Positions 1-10,618 of a stretch of DNA of 64,000 nucleotides are shown piece by piece (within the stretch, counting starts at the first letter, position 1; the number at the start of each line of letters is the position of its first letter). The notes under the pieces were generated by a model. It did not search any database and was not told the DNA's origin. It saw only the letters and a program-made list of their open reading frames with translations. This DNA comes from an uncultured delta proteobacterium. Lineage in GTDB: Bacteria > Myxococcota > Myxococcia > SLRQ01. The translations under genes and the position numbers were made by a program. The stretch spans positions 320,001-384,000 of the forward strand of contig CAVSGM010000003.1 in NCBI GenBank assembly GCA_963727485.1. The letters are read 5' to 3'.

Positions 1-1
1 C

Positions 2-178
2 AAGCTCATCCTCGGCATCGGCGAGAACCTGGTGGGCAAGCTCTGGGCCATCGACACCCTCTCCAACAGCTACCGGATCCTCAAGCTGCGCCGGGACCCC
101 GAGTGCCCGGTCTGCGGCGAGACCCCCACGGTCACCGAGCTCATCGACTACGAGGCCTTCTGCGCCATCGCCGCCTGA
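2..178 (+). CDS. moeB: MoeB/ThiF-family adenylyltransferase, C-terminal part (truncated by window edge)
   Basis: Translates KLILGIGENLVGKLWAIDTLSNSYRILKLRRDPECPVCGETPTVTELIDYEAFCAIAA*; the RDPxCPVCG...LIDYExFC tail is typical of MoeB/MoeZ. Confidence 0.8.
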   Translation, partial: KLILGIGENLVGKLWAIDTLSNSYRILKLRRDPECPVCGETPTVTELIDYEAFCAIAA

Positions 179-223
179 CCGGCCCGGTCCGCGCCCCGGG
201 CGCCCGACCCGGCGCCCTGAGCA

Positions 224-252
224 TGGATTCCACCCCGGGCCGCTGGTAGGCT
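224..252 (+). promoter_or_regulatory. Putative sigma70-type promoter of the ATPase-TPR-wHTH regulator
   Basis: TGGATT-17 bp-TAGGCT with an extended -10 TG; GGAGG RBS before ATG 286. The -35 overlaps a GATTC that may itself be a read error. Confidence 0.4.
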
Positions 253-285
253 CTCCTTTTCCCAGAGGAAGGTGAGCCGGAGGCC

Positions 286-3216
286 ATGGTGGCAGGGGCA
301 CAGGGGCGGGCGCGACTCGGAGCGCCCCCGGGACGCGAGGACGATCTGCGCGACGTCCTCGTGCTCCTCGACTATCAGCGCGTGGTCGCCGTCACCGGCG
401 GCTGCGGCATCGGCCGGACCACCTTCCTCCGGGCCGTCGCCGACCGCTACCGGGTCAAGCTCGTCGAGGGCGTCGCGCCCAAGACCGTGGCCCGGGGCGA
501 CCTGGTCGTCCTCGACGACGCCGACGCCCTCTCCGACAAGGCCCTCAAGGGCCTGGTGCGCCGGGTCCTCAAGGCCGACGGGCGCATCCTCATCGGCGCC
601 CGCACCGCGGTCGAGGTCCCGCCCCCGGCCGTGGTCCACCGCCTCGCCGGGCTCTCGGGCGAGGCCGGGGCGACCATCCTCGGCAGCCAGGTCAGCGGGC
701 GCCGGGCGCTGGTCCAGGACATCGCCGACAGCGTCCGCGGCCACCCGGGCCTCCTCGCGCTGGCCGCCGGGATCCTCGGCGGCAAGGGTGGGCCCCGGGA
801 TCTCGCCCGGGTCCGCGCCGCCCTGGCCAAGGCCGCCTACGACCGGTGGGTGGCGCCCCTGCCCGAGCCCCTGCGCGCCGCCGCGGGCCTCCTCGCCGCC
901 GCCGGGGGCTGGCTCCCGGCCACCCTGGAGATCCTCGCCCTCTCCGAGCACGCCCCGGCGCTGGCCCGGGAGGGCCTCGCCGAGCTGGTGGACGGCGGGG
1001 TGGAGGCCTCGCCCATCCTCCTGGTCGCCGGCGTCGACATTCCCGGCGACGAGGTCCTCCTCGAGACCCTCGGCGGCCTCGCCGAGCTCCGGCCCCTCGC
1101 CCGGGCGTCCATCCGCCTCGCCGAGGCCCACCTCCTCCATCGCCTCGGGGACGACGGCCCGGCCCTCGGGGCGCTCCGCGACGCCCACCGGGCCGCCCGC
1201 GGGGCCCTGCGCTCCGAGGCCTTCTCCCGGGGCCTCGCCGGGCTGGCCGAGGGCGAGCCCTCGCCGCTGACCGCCTGCGCCCGCCTCTCGGGGCTCATCC
1301 ACGGCGGCGGGCCCGCGGGCCTCCCCGAGGATCGGGCCACCGCCGTCGAGGCCCTCCTCGACGAGGGGCACCTCGAGGACCCGGAGGTCTGCGAGGCGAG
1401 GACCTACCTCGCCTACCTCGACCTCGAGGCCGAGGGCCCGGACACCGCGCTGGCGGGCCTGGTCCGCGCCGCCGAGCTCGCCGCCTCCGCCGGGGACCTC
1501 TACGCCGAGGCCCAGGCTCTCATCTGGCAGGGGTGGGTCCACGTCCTCAACGACGCGCCCCAGCTCGCCGCCCAGGTCACCGAGCGCGCCGCCCGCCTCG
1601 CCCGGAAGGCCGACGCCCCGGTGCTCCAGTCCCGGGCCCTCTACTGCCTGTCCCGGGCCGACCTCGCCGAGGAGGCCTACGACACCGCCGGCCGGCGCCT
1701 CCAGCAGGCCCTGCGCCTGACCCGGCGCCACCGCCTCGACGAGGACCAGACGGTCATCCTCGACGCCCTCGCCGACCTCGCCGGCCGCCAGGGTCGCCCC
1801 TCCGAGGCCGCCGAGCACCTCGCCGCCGCCGACGCCATCCTCGCCCGGGCCGGGAGCCTCCCGCGCAAGGGGGCCCTCTCGGTCACCCGGGCCCAGGTGG
1901 CCCTGCGCCGGGGCCACGTCGCCGAGGCCCGGCGGATCCTCGCCCGGGCCGAGGTGCAGGTGGTGGGCGAGGCCTGGCGCCGGGACCTCCTCGCCGCCGA
2001 GGTGGCGCTGGCCGCCGGGGCCCACGGCGAGGCCCGCGAGGCCCTGATCACCGCCGCCCGCCACCCCGCCTCTGCCCGCTCCTGGCTCTGGCGCCGGGCC
2101 GGGGTCGCCACCGGGCTCCTCCGGGAGGGCATCGATCCCGGCATCGATCTCGCCGAGCTCGAGGCCGACCCGGTCGCGGCCATGCTCCTGGCCCGGGGCC
2201 GGGGCGACGTCACCGCCGCCGGGGCCCGCCTCGCCGACCTCGAGGCCGAGGCCGACGACCTCCCCGGCGCCGAGGGGCTCCTGCTCCGGGAGGCGGTGGC
2301 GGTGCGCCTCCTCGAGGGGCGGGTCGCCGAGGCCGCCGAGGCCGGGCGCCGTCTGCGCGATCGCCTCGCCGAGATGGCGGCGCCCACGGCCACCATGCTC
2401 CTCCTCGAGGCCCTCGAGGTGCTCCTCCGGGGAGACATCGGCCGCGCCACCCGGCGCGCCGTCGCCGCCCACCGCTCGGCGGTGGCCCTGGGCCACGAGC
2501 GCATGGCCCAGCTCGCCCTCGAGCTGCTGGTGGTCTGCCACCTCGCCGGGGATCGGCCCCGGGGGCTCCGGTGGATCCTCGCCCGGACCGGGCGCTACGC
2601 GAGGCGCACCAAGAGCCCCGGGCGCAGCGCCCGCCTCGCCGCCCTCCAGCTCGCCGCCGCCGCCCGCTTCCCCGACGCCGGCCTCGAGGCCCCGGGCGAC
2701 GCCCGGGCGCGCGCCGCCGCCGATCCCCTCGCCGCCGCCCTGGTGGCCACCCTCGACGGCGGCCCCGCCACCGGGCCGCTCTCGCACCTCGCCGGGTGGC
2801 TCCGGGGCCTGGTCCTCGAGGGCACCGCGGTCCCCCCCGGGGGGCCCGCCCCCGGGGCCGAGGTCGCCGTGGAGCTCACCCTCGACGGCGCCCGCAAGGA
2901 GGTGGTCCTCGCCGGCGGCAAGCGGGTGGCCTTCGCCCGGCGCCGGGTGCTCTGGCGCCTCCTCTGGTTCCTCCACGAGGCCGAGGGGGGCACCATCGAG
3001 CCCGAGACCCTCTACGTCGCCGCCTGGGAGCTGCCCTTCAACCCCAGCCGCCTCAACTCCCTCTACGTGGGGGTCCGGCGCCTGCGCCTCCTGGTCGAGC
3101 CGGACCCCAGCGCCCCCCGGATCATCATGGCGGGGCAGGGCGGCGGCTACTACATGGACGTGCGCCGGGTGAACGCCTTCGGGACCTCGCCCTTCGAAGA
3201 GGACGAGGCCGACTAG
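286..3216 (+). CDS. Large P-loop ATPase (STAND-like) + TPR + C-terminal OmpR-type winged-helix transcriptional regulator
   Basis: Walker A-like VAVTGGCGIGRTT, Walker B LVVLDDAD, long Ala/Leu helical repeats, C-terminal LYVAAWE..NSLYVGVRRLRLLVEPDPSAPRII..GGGY typical of Trans_reg_C; RBS present. Confidence 0.8.
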   Translation: MVAGAQGRARLGAPPGREDDLRDVLVLLDYQRVVAVTGGCGIGRTTFLRAVADRYRVKLVEGVAPKTVARGDLVVLDDADALSDKALKGLVRRVLKADGRILIGARTAVEVPPPAVVHRLAGLSGEAGATILGSQVSGRRALVQDIADSVRGHPGLLALAAGILGGKGGPRDLARVRAALAKAAYDRWVAPLPEPLRAAAGLLAAAGGWLPATLEILALSEHAPALAREGLAELVDGGVEASPILLVAGVDIPGDEVLLETLGGLAELRPLARASIRLAEAHLLHRLGDDGPALGALRDAHRAARGALRSEAFSRGLAGLAEGEPSPLTACARLSGLIHGGGPAGLPEDRATAVEALLDEGHLEDPEVCEARTYLAYLDLEAEGPDTALAGLVRAAELAASAGDLYAEAQALIWQGWVHVLNDAPQLAAQVTERAARLARKADAPVLQSRALYCLSRADLAEEAYDTAGRRLQQALRLTRRHRLDEDQTVILDALADLAGRQGRPSEAAEHLAAADAILARAGSLPRKGALSVTRAQVALRRGHVAEARRILARAEVQVVGEAWRRDLLAAEVALAAGAHGEAREALITAARHPASARSWLWRRAGVATGLLREGIDPGIDLAELEADPVAAMLLARGRGDVTAAGARLADLEAEADDLPGAEGLLLREAVAVRLLEGRVAEAAEAGRRLRDRLAEMAAPTATMLLLEALEVLLRGDIGRATRRAVAAHRSAVALGHERMAQLALELLVVCHLAGDRPRGLRWILARTGRYARRTKSPGRSARLAALQLAAAARFPDAGLEAPGDARARAAADPLAAALVATLDGGPATGPLSHLAGWLRGLVLEGTAVPPGGPAPGAEVAVELTLDGARKEVVLAGGKRVAFARRRVLWRLLWFLHEAEGGTIEPETLYVAAWELPFNPSRLNSLYVGVRRLRLLVEPDPSAPRIIMAGQGGGYYMDVRRVNAFGTSPFEEDEAD

Positions 3217-3246
3217 CGCCGGGTGACGCCCGAGGTCCCGCGCCGG

Positions 3247-4851
3247 CTACCGGCCGCAGACCAGGGGCAGGATCACCAGGCCCACCAGGATCACCGCGAT
3301 GGCGGTGATCGCCAGCGGCAGGGGCTGCCGCCAGACGGGGGGCCTGGGCGTCGCCCGGGGGCCCGTGGCCGGGGCGCGCGGGGCGCGCGGGGCGGTGGGG
3401 GGGACGGGCCGGGGGGCGGCGGTCGCCGGGTCCACGGCGGTCGACTCCTCGGGGATGATCGGGAGGCGCTGGCTGGGCCCGGTCTCCACCCCCGAGAGGC
3501 TGGTCTCGTCGAAGAGGACCGCCGGCGGGGGCTCGGGGGCGAGGCGCCGGTCCACGCCGGCGGGGGGGCCTGCGGGGGCGGCGGGCTCCGGGCCCACGTC
3601 GGTGTCGGCCGCGTCGAGGGCGTCGGGGGCGTGGCGGAGGAAGCCGGCGTCCGGCGCGGGGCGGGACGGGGCGGCGGGGCGGGACGGGGCGGCGGGGCGT
3701 CGCCCGGTCCCGGCGGGGGCGGTCTCGGTCTCGGTGGCGGTGCCGGTGGGGGTCACCGTGGCAGTCGCCTCGTCGGAGGCCTCCGGGGCCGGGGCGGCGA
3801 GGCGGGCGTCGGCCTCGGCGGCCTCGGCGGCGGCCCGGGACACGGTGGACAGCCAGCTGGCGGTGTGGGCCGCCGAGAGGTCGAGGGGGTCCTGGGCCAG
3901 GCGCTCGGCGGCGACGGCGCCCTGGGGGAAGAGCTCGGCCATGAGGGCGGCGAGGCGCCGCTCCGAGGGGAACCAGCCGGCCCCGCGCATCGCCGCCTCG
4001 AGGCCGTCGACCAGGGCGTCGGCGCTCTGGGGCCGGCCCTCGGGCTCCCGGGAGAGGGCCTGGAGCACGAGCACGGAGAGGGCCTCGGGCACCGCCGGCT
4101 GCAGGAGGTGGGGCGGCGCCGGGGTCTCCCGGAGGAGCCGGGCGTAGGTCGAGGCGTCGGCGGAGCGGACCCCGAAGGGGTGGCGGCCGCAGGCGAGGCG
4201 GTAGAGGAGCACCCCGAGGGCGAAGACGTCGGTGCGGGCGTCGACCTCCCGGGCGAGGAGCTGCTCCGGGGCCATGTAGGCGGGCTTGCCCTTGACCAGC
4301 CCCGGCTCGGTGACCTGGGCGCGCATGGCGCCCCGGGCGATCCCGAAGTCGACGAGCTTCACGGTGCCGGCGAAGGTGACGATGACGTTCTCCGGGGAGA
4401 CGTCCCGGTGGACGATGCCCAGGCTCCGGCCCGACTGGTCCCGGCGGCCGTGGGCGTGGGCGAGGCCCGCGGCGACCCGGGTGACCACCTGGGTGGCGAG
4501 GTCCACCGGCAGCGGCCCCCGGGCCCCCTCGTGTCGCCGGAGCACGAAGGCGAGGTCCCGGCCGGGGACGTAGTCGAGGGCGAGGTAGGGCCGGCCGCCG
4601 ACCTCGCCCACGTCCACCACGTGGTCGAGGTTCGGGTGGTAGAGGCCCGCGAGGATCCGCCCCTCGTCGAGGAACATCTCCACGAAGTCCGGGTCGTCGA
4701 GGAGCTGGGGGCGGATGAGCTTGAGGGCCACCAGCCTCGGCATCCCCGGGACGGTCTCGTGGCTGGCGAGGAAGACCTCGGCCATGCCCCCGCGCCCCAG
4801 GCGCGCCCGGAGGCGATAGGGCCCGAAGTCCCGGGGGAGGTCGAAGGTCAC
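3247..4851 (-). CDS. Membrane-anchored Hanks-type Ser/Thr protein kinase (kinase 2)
   Basis: GRGGMAEV, VALK, HRDVSPEN, DFGIA, YMAPEQ, DVFALG motifs; Pro/Ala linker; C-terminal TM helix. GTG 4851 overlaps the TGA of kinase 1 (GTGA). Confidence 0.88.
   Translation of the reverse strand: MTFDLPRDFGPYRLRARLGRGGMAEVFLASHETVPGMPRLVALKLIRPQLLDDPDFVEMFLDEGRILAGLYHPNLDHVVDVGEVGGRPYLALDYVPGRDLAFVLRRHEGARGPLPVDLATQVVTRVAAGLAHAHGRRDQSGRSLGIVHRDVSPENVIVTFAGTVKLVDFGIARGAMRAQVTEPGLVKGKPAYMAPEQLLAREVDARTDVFALGVLLYRLACGRHPFGVRSADASTYARLLRETPAPPHLLQPAVPEALSVLVLQALSREPEGRPQSADALVDGLEAAMRGAGWFPSERRLAALMAELFPQGAVAAERLAQDPLDLSAAHTASWLSTVSRAAAEAAEADARLAAPAPEASDEATATVTPTGTATETETAPAGTGRRPAAPSRPAAPSRPAPDAGFLRHAPDALDAADTDVGPEPAAPAGPPAGVDRRLAPEPPPAVLFDETSLSGVETGPSQRLPIIPEESTAVDPATAAPRPVPPTAPRAPRAPATGPRATPRPPVWRQPLPLAITAIAVILVGLVILPLVCGR
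3661..3696. repeat. 18-bp tandem duplication (RPAAPS x2) in the kinase 2 linker
   Basis: gcgggacggggcggcggg occurs twice consecutively. Confidence 0.7.
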
Positions 4852-6468
4852 AGGCAGCCCCGGAGGGTGAACAGGAGGAAGAGGCCGGCGCCCGCCAGGA
4901 CCCCGGTGTAGATGGCCAGGGCCACCGGGCTGGTCAGCCGGGCCACCGCGGCGTTGGCGCGGTAGACGCGGGAGGCGGGCTCGGTGCGGGTGCCCTCGGT
5001 GCGCTCGGAGGCGTCGGGGGCCGGCGGGGCCGGGGCGCTCCCGGGGTCCCGGGCGGCGGCGCGGACGTCGAGGATCCGGTGGGCGGGCCGGGGCGCCGGG
5101 CGGTGGGGGTGGGGGCCGGACGGCCGAGGCCTCCTCGGTGCGCGGCTCATCCAGAGGGTCGGGGGGCCGGGGTGCGGGGACGTCGACGCGGGCCGGGGCC
5201 ACCACGGTCTCGGGCTCGTCGTCGTCGTCCCCATCGGCGCCGGGCGCCGCGGCGATCCGGGCCGGGCCCAGGGCGTCGGCGATCTCGGTGGCGGGCTCGG
5301 GGTCGTCGTCGGGGATCGGGAACCGGGCGGTGCCCCCGGCCTCGGCCACCGCGCCCCCGAGGCGCCGGCGGCCGGGGGTGGTGGCGAGGCGGTCGAGGTC
5401 CGGGAGCTCGGGGCGGGTCGGGGCGCCGTCGTCCTCCCAGTCGCCGACGCCCGGTGCCGGGGCGAGGTAGGAGACGGTGAGGGCGGCGAGGTGGTCCGAG
5501 GGATCCTGGCGCAGGCTCTCCCGGGCGGCGGCCACGTCGGGGAAGCGCGCGAGGAGCCACTCGGCGATCCACCGGGGGGTCACCATGCTCCCCGTGGAGA
5601 CCACCACCTCGTCGAGGGCGTCCTGGAAGGCCCGGGCGCTCGGGACCCGCCGCGCCGGGTTCTTGGCCATGGCCTGGAGGATGAGGCGCGAGAGCCCCGG
5701 CGGCAGGTCGGGGACCAGGGTCGAGGGCGCCGCCGGCGACCGCTCCACCACCCGGCGGAAGGTCTCGTCGGGGGAGCCGGCCAGGAACGGGTGGGTGCCC
5801 GTGACCATCCGGTAGAGGAGCACCCCCAGGCCGAAGAGGTCGGCCCGGGCGTCGACGGACTCCCCGAGGACCTGCTCCGGGGCCATGTAGGGCGGCTTGC
5901 CCTTGAGCATCCCCGACTGGGTGTGGGAGACGCGGCTGGCGGCGGTGGCGATGCCGAAGTCCACGAGCTTCACCGTGCCGTCGAAGGTGAGGATGACGTT
6001 GTCGGGGGTGAGGTCCCGGTGGACGATGTGGAGGGGCTGGCCCGAGGCGTCGGTGCGGTTGTGGGCGTGGTCGAGGGCGGCGCAGAGCTGGCGGCCAATC
6101 TCCACGGTGAGGCTCACCGGCAGCCCGTCGCCGCGCTCGGCGGCGGTGATCACCCGGGCGAGGTCCCGGCCCTGCACGTACTCCATGGCCAGGTACCACT
6201 GGCCGCCGACCTCCCCGGCGTCGAGGATGTGCCCGATGTTCGGGTGGGAGAGCTGGGAGACGATGCGGACCTCGTCGCGGAACATGTCCACGAAGCCCTG
6301 GTCCCGGGTGAGGCTCGGGTGGACCCGCTTGAGGGCCACCAGGCGCTGGATGCCCTCGATGACCTCCTGGCGGGCGAGGAAGACCTCGGCCATGCCCCCT
6401 TGGCCGAGGCGCTCGAGGAGGGTGTAGGGCCCGAAGGTCCGGGGCAGTCCGTCGCTCGCGGCCGGCAC
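4848..6468 (-). CDS. Membrane-anchored Hanks-type Ser/Thr protein kinase (kinase 1); one frameshift near 5075-5110
   Basis: GQGGMAEV, VALK, HRDLTPDN, DFGIA, YMAPEQ. The true C-terminus with TM helix (VALAIYTGVLAGAGLFLLFTLRGCL*) lies in another frame (ORF 4848..5234). Confidence 0.85.
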
Positions 6469-6514
6469 GTACCGGATGCTACCGCATGGGGGAGAGGGGG
6501 GGGCGGCCCGCGCG

Positions 6515-7270
6515 TCAGTCGCCGGCGGGCGCGTCCTCGTCCTCGAGGCCGAGGAAGGTGAGGATGATGGCGTCGGTGTCCTTGAGCAGCCGGGCCATGG
6601 ACGCCCGCGCCGCCTGGGGGTCGTGGGCCGCGACCCCTTCGAGGACGCCCTCCCAGGCCTCCTGGTAGCACTCCGGCGTCACCCAGATGTCGGGGGTGGC
6701 GTCGAGGAGGCCGCGGATGACCTTCTCCAGGCTGTTGAAGAGCCACAGGGCGCTGATGGACTCGGCGGCCTCGGTCACGGCCCGGTAGAGGGCGAGCTCG
6801 GCCTCGGCGAGCGCCGGGACGTCGCCCCGCGCCTGGGCGGCGAAGAGCTGGCGGCCCAGCGCCTGGAGCCGGGCGATCTCCTCGGGGCCGGCGCGGCGGG
6901 CGGCCAGCACCACCGCCTCGAGGGCGGCGAGCGCCCGGATGCGCAAGAGGTCGCCGAGGGCCCGGCCCCGCTCGTCGGTCTGGGCGGCCTTGAGGAACGC
7001 GGGCAGCAGGCCCAGCTCGCCGGTCTGGCGGAAGTCGAGGACCCGGACCCCGTCCCCCTGGCGGGCGCGCACCAGGCCCTGGGACTCCAGGGCCCGCAGC
7101 GCCTCGCGGAGGGTGTTGCGGTTGGTTCCCAGGGACAGGGCCAGCTCGCGCTCCGGGGGCAGCCGCTCGCCGGGCTTCACCTCGCCCCGGAGGATGCGCT
7201 GCTGGAGCTCGGCGATGATGGCGTCCGGGAGGTTCTTGCGGGCGCTCTGGGCGGTCACGCTTCCTCCCAT
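6515..7270 (-). CDS. GntR/FadR-family transcriptional regulator
   Basis: PGERLPPERELALSLGTNRNTLREALRALESQGLV..RQGDG wHTH followed by an FCD-like domain. Start may be GTG 7258. Confidence 0.92.
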   Translation of the reverse strand: MGGSVTAQSARKNLPDAIIAELQQRILRGEVKPGERLPPERELALSLGTNRNTLREALRALESQGLVRARQGDGVRVLDFRQTGELGLLPAFLKAAQTDERGRALGDLLRIRALAALEAVVLAARRAGPEEIARLQALGRQLFAAQARGDVPALAEAELALYRAVTEAAESISALWLFNSLEKVIRGLLDATPDIWVTPECYQEAWEGVLEGVAAHDPQAARASMARLLKDTDAIILTFLGLEDEDAPAGD

Positions 7271-7339
7271 ATCGGAAAGGGCGGGGAGGGGAAAGCGCCG
7301 CGGGGTGGCGGCGCCGCCGGGCGACGCGGCGGGCGGCCG

Positions 7340-7651
7340 CTAGCCGAGGAGCCGCACGAAGTGCCCGGCGACCTCGTAGCCCCGGCCCTCGGCGTCGCAG
7401 CGCAGGACCTCGAGCTCGGCGCGCAGGGGCTGGGTCACGGTCAGGGGCGGGGTGAGGGTGATGGAGAGGCGCATCCCCGGGGACAGGGCCTCGTCGCAGG
7501 CGAAGCGCAGGCCGCCGCCGGAGAGCCCCCGGGCCCGGCCGGTGAACCGGGCGCCCCCGTCGAGGTCGACGAGGTCCACCGGGTGGTCCAGCGGCAGGCG
7601 GTGGAAGCGGCGGCGGTCGGTCTCGGAGAGGGCGGCGATGGGCAGGGTCAT
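7340..7651 (-). CDS. Stand-alone PilZ-domain protein
   Basis: RRRFHR (RxxxR) then xLSGGGL and the usual beta pattern (EVLRC...YEVAGHF); GGAGG RBS. Confidence 0.8.
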   Translation of the reverse strand: MTLPIAALSETDRRRFHRLPLDHPVDLVDLDGGARFTGRARGLSGGGLRFACDEALSPGMRLSITLTPPLTVTQPLRAELEVLRCDAEGRGYEVAGHFVRLLG

Positions 7652-7772
7652 TCTGGCCTCCTCGGGGTTCGGCTCGGGGCTTGGGGGTCGCACCCGCGAC
7701 CCGTGAGTCGACCGTAACCGGGGGCCCCGGGGCCGTCCATTTTTCACCCGGGCGTGGTAGCGCTGACGGGCG

Positions 7773-8852
7773 ATGGACCCCGCGCCCTTTCCCACCACCC
7801 GCTACCAGGGGAGCAAGCGGCGCCTGCGGCCGGCGCTGGCCGAGGTCTTCGAGGGGCTCGCCTTCGACACCGCCCTCGACGCCTTCGCCGGCACCGGGGC
7901 GGTGGCCCACCTGCTCAAGGCCATGGGCAAGCGGGTGGGGGCCAACGACCTGCTGCTCTCGAGCCACCTCACCCAGGTGGCCCTGGTGGAGAACGCCACC
8001 GTGCGCCTCGACCCGGACGCCGCCGCGGGCCTCGGGGAGCCGGTGGCCGGCCGGCGCTACGGGACCTTCGTCGCCGACACCTTCGAGGGCATCTACTTCA
8101 CCCCCGAGGAGAACCGCTGGCTCGACGTCGCCGCCCAGAACGCCGCGCGCCTGACGGGACGGGCGCGGCGGGCCCTGGCCTTCCACGCCCTCTTCCAGGC
8201 GGCGCTCCAGAAGCGCCCCTACAACCTCTTCCACCGGGCGAACCTCGCGCTGCGCACCCGGGACGTCGCGCGGTCCTTCGGGAACAAGCGCACCTGGGAG
8301 CGGCCGTTCCCCGAGCTTGCGGCCCGGGCGGCGCAGGAGGCGTCGGCGGCGGTCTTCGACAACGGGCAGGACAACCGCGCCTTCTGCGCCGACGCCGCCG
8401 ACCTCCCGGGGCACTGGGACCTCGTCTACCTCGACCCGCCCTACCTCTCGCCGGCGGGGCGGGGGACCGACTACCTCGGGCACTACCACTTCCTCGAGGG
8501 GCTCGCGGACTACGCCCGGTGGCCGCTGGGCGTGGACCGGTCGACGAAGCACCGGCGCCTCCGGGCCCGGCCCGATCCCTGGCAGCGCGTGGAGAGCGCC
8601 CGGGACGCCTTCGAGGCGCTCGTGGCGCGGTGGCCGCGGTCGATCCTGGTGACCAGCTGGCGCAGCGACGGGCGCCTGGCGCCCGAGGGCCTGGCGGCGG
8701 TGCTCCGGCGCCACGGCCGCGCGGTGCGGGTGAGCGAGGTGCCCCACCACTACGCCCTCTCGCGCCGGCGCGGGGTGCGCGAGGTGATCCTGGTGTCGCC
8801 GCCCCCGGGTCAGGCCGTCGGCTTGGCGGCGTTCTCCAGCCCCAGCTCCTGA
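7773..8852 (+). CDS. DNA N6-adenine methyltransferase, alpha class (D12/Dam/FokI-like), no cognate endonuclease nearby
   Basis: Motif X RYQGSK, motif [10 protein letters not shown], motif IV YLDPPY in alpha order. Confidence 0.88.
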   Translation: MDPAPFPTTRYQGSKRRLRPALAEVFEGLAFDTALDAFAGTGAVAHLLKAMGKRVGANDLLLSSHLTQVALVENATVRLDPDAAAGLGEPVAGRRYGTFVADTFEGIYFTPEENRWLDVAAQNAARLTGRARRALAFHALFQAALQKRPYNLFHRANLALRTRDVARSFGNKRTWERPFPELAARAAQEASAAVFDNGQDNRAFCADAADLPGHWDLVYLDPPYLSPAGRGTDYLGHYHFLEGLADYARWPLGVDRSTKHRRLRARPDPWQRVESARDAFEALVARWPRSILVTSWRSDGRLAPEGLAAVLRRHGRAVRVSEVPHHYALSRRRGVREVILVSPPPGQAVGLAAFSSPSS

Positions 8853-10510
8853 ACCGAGATCTCGCGCATCTTGTACTTCTGGATCTTCCCGGTGACGGTC
8901 ATGGGGAAGGCGTCCACGAGCTTCACGTACCGGGGGATCTTGAACGAGGCGATCTGGCCGCGGCAGAAGCTCTTGATGTCGTCCTCGGTGACGGTCTCGC
9001 CCTCCTTGGGCTTCACCCAGGCGCAGATCTGCTCGCCGTACTTCTCGTCGGGGACCCCGATGACCTGCACGTCGGCGACCTTGGGGTGGGTGTAGAGGAA
9101 CTCCTCGATCTCGCGCGGGTACACGTTCTCGCCGCCGCGGATGATCATGTCCTTGATGCGCCCGACGATGTTCACGTAGCCGTTCTCGCGCATCACCGCC
9201 AGGTCGCCGGTGTGCATCCACCGGGCGGCGTCGATGGCCTCGCGCGTGGCCTCCTCGTTCTCCCAGTAGCCGAGCATCACCGGGTAGCCGCGGGTGCACA
9301 GCTCGCCCCGCTCGCCCCTGGGCACCACCGCGCCGCTCAGGGGATCGACGAGCTTCACCTCCACGTGGGGGTGGATGGAGCCCACGGTGCTCACCCGCAG
9401 CTCCAAATCGTCGTCGACCTTCGACTGGAAGCTCACCGGGCTGGTCTCGGTCATCCCGTAGGCGATGGTCACCTCGCGCATGTGCATCCGGTCGATGACC
9501 TTGCGCATCACCTCCACCGGGCACGGCGAGCCGGCCATGATCCCGGTGCGCAGGCTCGTGAGGTCGAAGGCGTCGAACTCGGGGTGGTCGAGCTCGGCGA
9601 TGAACATGGTGGGCACGCCGTAGAGGGCGGTGCACTTCTCGGCGGCGACGGTCTCCAGGACCGCCAGGGGGTCGAAGGCCTCGCCCTGGAGCACGATGGT
9701 GGCGCCGTGGGTCATGGCGGCGAGGTTCCCCAGGACCATGCCGAAGCAGTGGTAGAAGGGCACCGGCACGCACACCCGGTCGGCGTCGGTGAACCGGCAC
9801 CGCTCGCCGATGAAGAACCCGTTGTTGAGGATGTTGTGGTGGGAGAGGGTGGCGCCCTTGGGGAAGCCGGTGGTGCCCGAGGTGTACTGGATGTTGATCG
9901 CCTCGTCGAACTGGAGGCTCGCCGAGCGGGTGCGGTAGGCGTCGAGGGAGGTGTCGCCCGACTTGGCGCGCACGGCGTCCCAGGTCCAGGCGGCCTTCGA
10001 CGGCGCCTCGGGGCCGATATAGATGACGCCCCGCAGGTGCGGGAGCTTCTCGCTCTTGAGCTCCCCGGGGTCGTGGTCCTTCAGCTCCGGGGCGAGCTCG
10101 TGGAGCATGGCCACGTAGTCGGTCTGGCGGAACCGGGTCGCCGAGATGAGGAGCGACACCCCGCTCTGGTTGAGGGCGTAGGCGAGCTCGTGGGTCCGGT
10201 AGGCGGGGTTGATGTTCACCAGGATGGCGCCGATCTGGGCGGTGGCGTACTGGGCCACCATCCACTCGGCGTTGTTGGCGCTCCAGATGCCCACCCGGTT
10301 GCCCTTCTGGACCCCGAGGGTCATCAGGCCCCGGGCCACCCGGTCCACCTCGGCCTTGAGCTCGGCGTAGGTGTAGCGGACGGCCTGGTGGCGGGAGACC
10401 AGGGCCTCGGCGTCGGGGTACTTCTCGGCGACCTGGTCGAAGTAGGCGCCGATGGTGGCACCGAGGAGCGGTACCTCCGAGGCACCGTGGACGTAGGAGA
10501 GCGCGGGCAT
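8810..10510 (-). CDS. AMP-binding acyl-CoA synthetase
   Basis: [54 protein letters not shown]. Confidence 0.95.
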   Translation of the reverse strand: MPALSYVHGASEVPLLGATIGAYFDQVAEKYPDAEALVSRHQAVRYTYAELKAEVDRVARGLMTLGVQKGNRVGIWSANNAEWMVAQYATAQIGAILVNINPAYRTHELAYALNQSGVSLLISATRFRQTDYVAMLHELAPELKDHDPGELKSEKLPHLRGVIYIGPEAPSKAAWTWDAVRAKSGDTSLDAYRTRSASLQFDEAINIQYTSGTTGFPKGATLSHHNILNNGFFIGERCRFTDADRVCVPVPFYHCFGMVLGNLAAMTHGATIVLQGEAFDPLAVLETVAAEKCTALYGVPTMFIAELDHPEFDAFDLTSLRTGIMAGSPCPVEVMRKVIDRMHMREVTIAYGMTETSPVSFQSKVDDDLELRVSTVGSIHPHVEVKLVDPLSGAVVPRGERGELCTRGYPVMLGYWENEEATREAIDAARWMHTGDLAVMRENGYVNIVGRIKDMIIRGGENVYPREIEEFLYTHPKVADVQVIGVPDEKYGEQICAWVKPKEGETVTEDDIKSFCRGQIASFKIPRYVKLVDAFPMTVTGKIQKYKMREISVQELGLENAAKPTA

Positions 10511-10618
10511 CCCAACCTCCCGGGTTGATCGAACCCTGAGAGGCTATGTGTCGGGAGCGGGGTGGGCAACGGCGCGCGGGGCGTTGCGCGGCGGGGCGCG
10601 GCGGGGGACCATGGGGCG

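Noticed and set aside
148..2976. Long antisense or off-frame ORFs here and across the window (e.g. 6150..10265, 22595..26329, 47666..51502)
   Set aside because: Stop-poor shadow frames of high-GC genes, rich in Arg/Pro/Gly and without family motifs.
3247..6468. Single 1073-aa double-kinase protein
   Set aside because: The fusion comes from one indel; kinase 1 has its own TM and a stop overlapping the kinase 2 GTG.
7773..8852. Restriction-modification or defence island
   Set aside because: No nuclease, specificity subunit, integrase or other defence gene nearby.
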